64,000 nucleotides of DNA from Dicyema japonicum (taxonomy: Eukaryota; Animalia; Dicyemida): the NCBI GenBank assembly GCA_011109175.1, contig RDEW01000005.1, forward strand, positions 1,908,238 to 1,972,237, given 5' to 3'. The translations under genes and the position numbers were made by a program. A model generated the notes under the pieces. That model was not told the DNA's origin. It searched no databases and saw nothing but the letters and a program-made list of their open reading frames with translations. Each line of letters begins with the position of its first letter. The stretch's first letter is position 1. Below, piece by piece: positions 63,776 through 64,000 of the stretch.

Positions 63776-64000
63776 AGAAATGGATTATAGACTAGTAATC
63801 AATAGAAAACTGAATTATATTAATAAATACAAAAAATTAATTAAGTCTTAAGTTTTAATGAGCATTTTTCAATCCCGAAACTAAAAAAACTAAATTATTT
63901 CCCACTCATGCCGATCCAATTGGTCATCGAGTATTCCATTGGAACATTTGTCCCTTATTAATTTCTCATTAATTCGATTATATTGCTTCATATAATAGTT

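Overview
AT-rich animal (metazoan) genomic DNA from a very compact genome. Genes are split by many tiny spliceosomal introns, mostly 20-27 nt, which explains why the ORF track is fragmented. This points to a reduced parasitic animal such as a dicyemid or myxozoan (inference). Manual splicing and recalled similarity to human proteins support nine named host genes: TRAPPC1, TPCN1, CSTF2, AGPAT3/4, ASAH1, VPS13, ERCC4/XPF, a TGF-beta type I receptor and CFDP1. There is also a lineage-specific RRM/repeat protein and an intron-containing V-ATPase subunit-a pseudogene. Between genes lie many decayed transposons: LINE, RTE, CRE-like and R4/NeSL-like non-LTR elements, IS630/Tc1, hAT and a tRNA-like SINE. 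Most notable: (1) three 22-23 nt introns in otherwise intact XPF and VPS13 apparently end in TG, all as ATTTTTG, and one XPF intron ends in AA; (2) the TGF-beta type I receptor lacks the GS box and has Glu at the position of the activating ALK2 Q207 / ALK5 T204 mutations; (3) an in-frame TGA in an otherwise intact AGPAT. Several 1-nt deletions in homopolymers and exact local duplications, two next to N bases, suggest assembly errors, so all lesions need read or RNA confirmation. All gene identities come from memory of conserved motifs; no database search was run.
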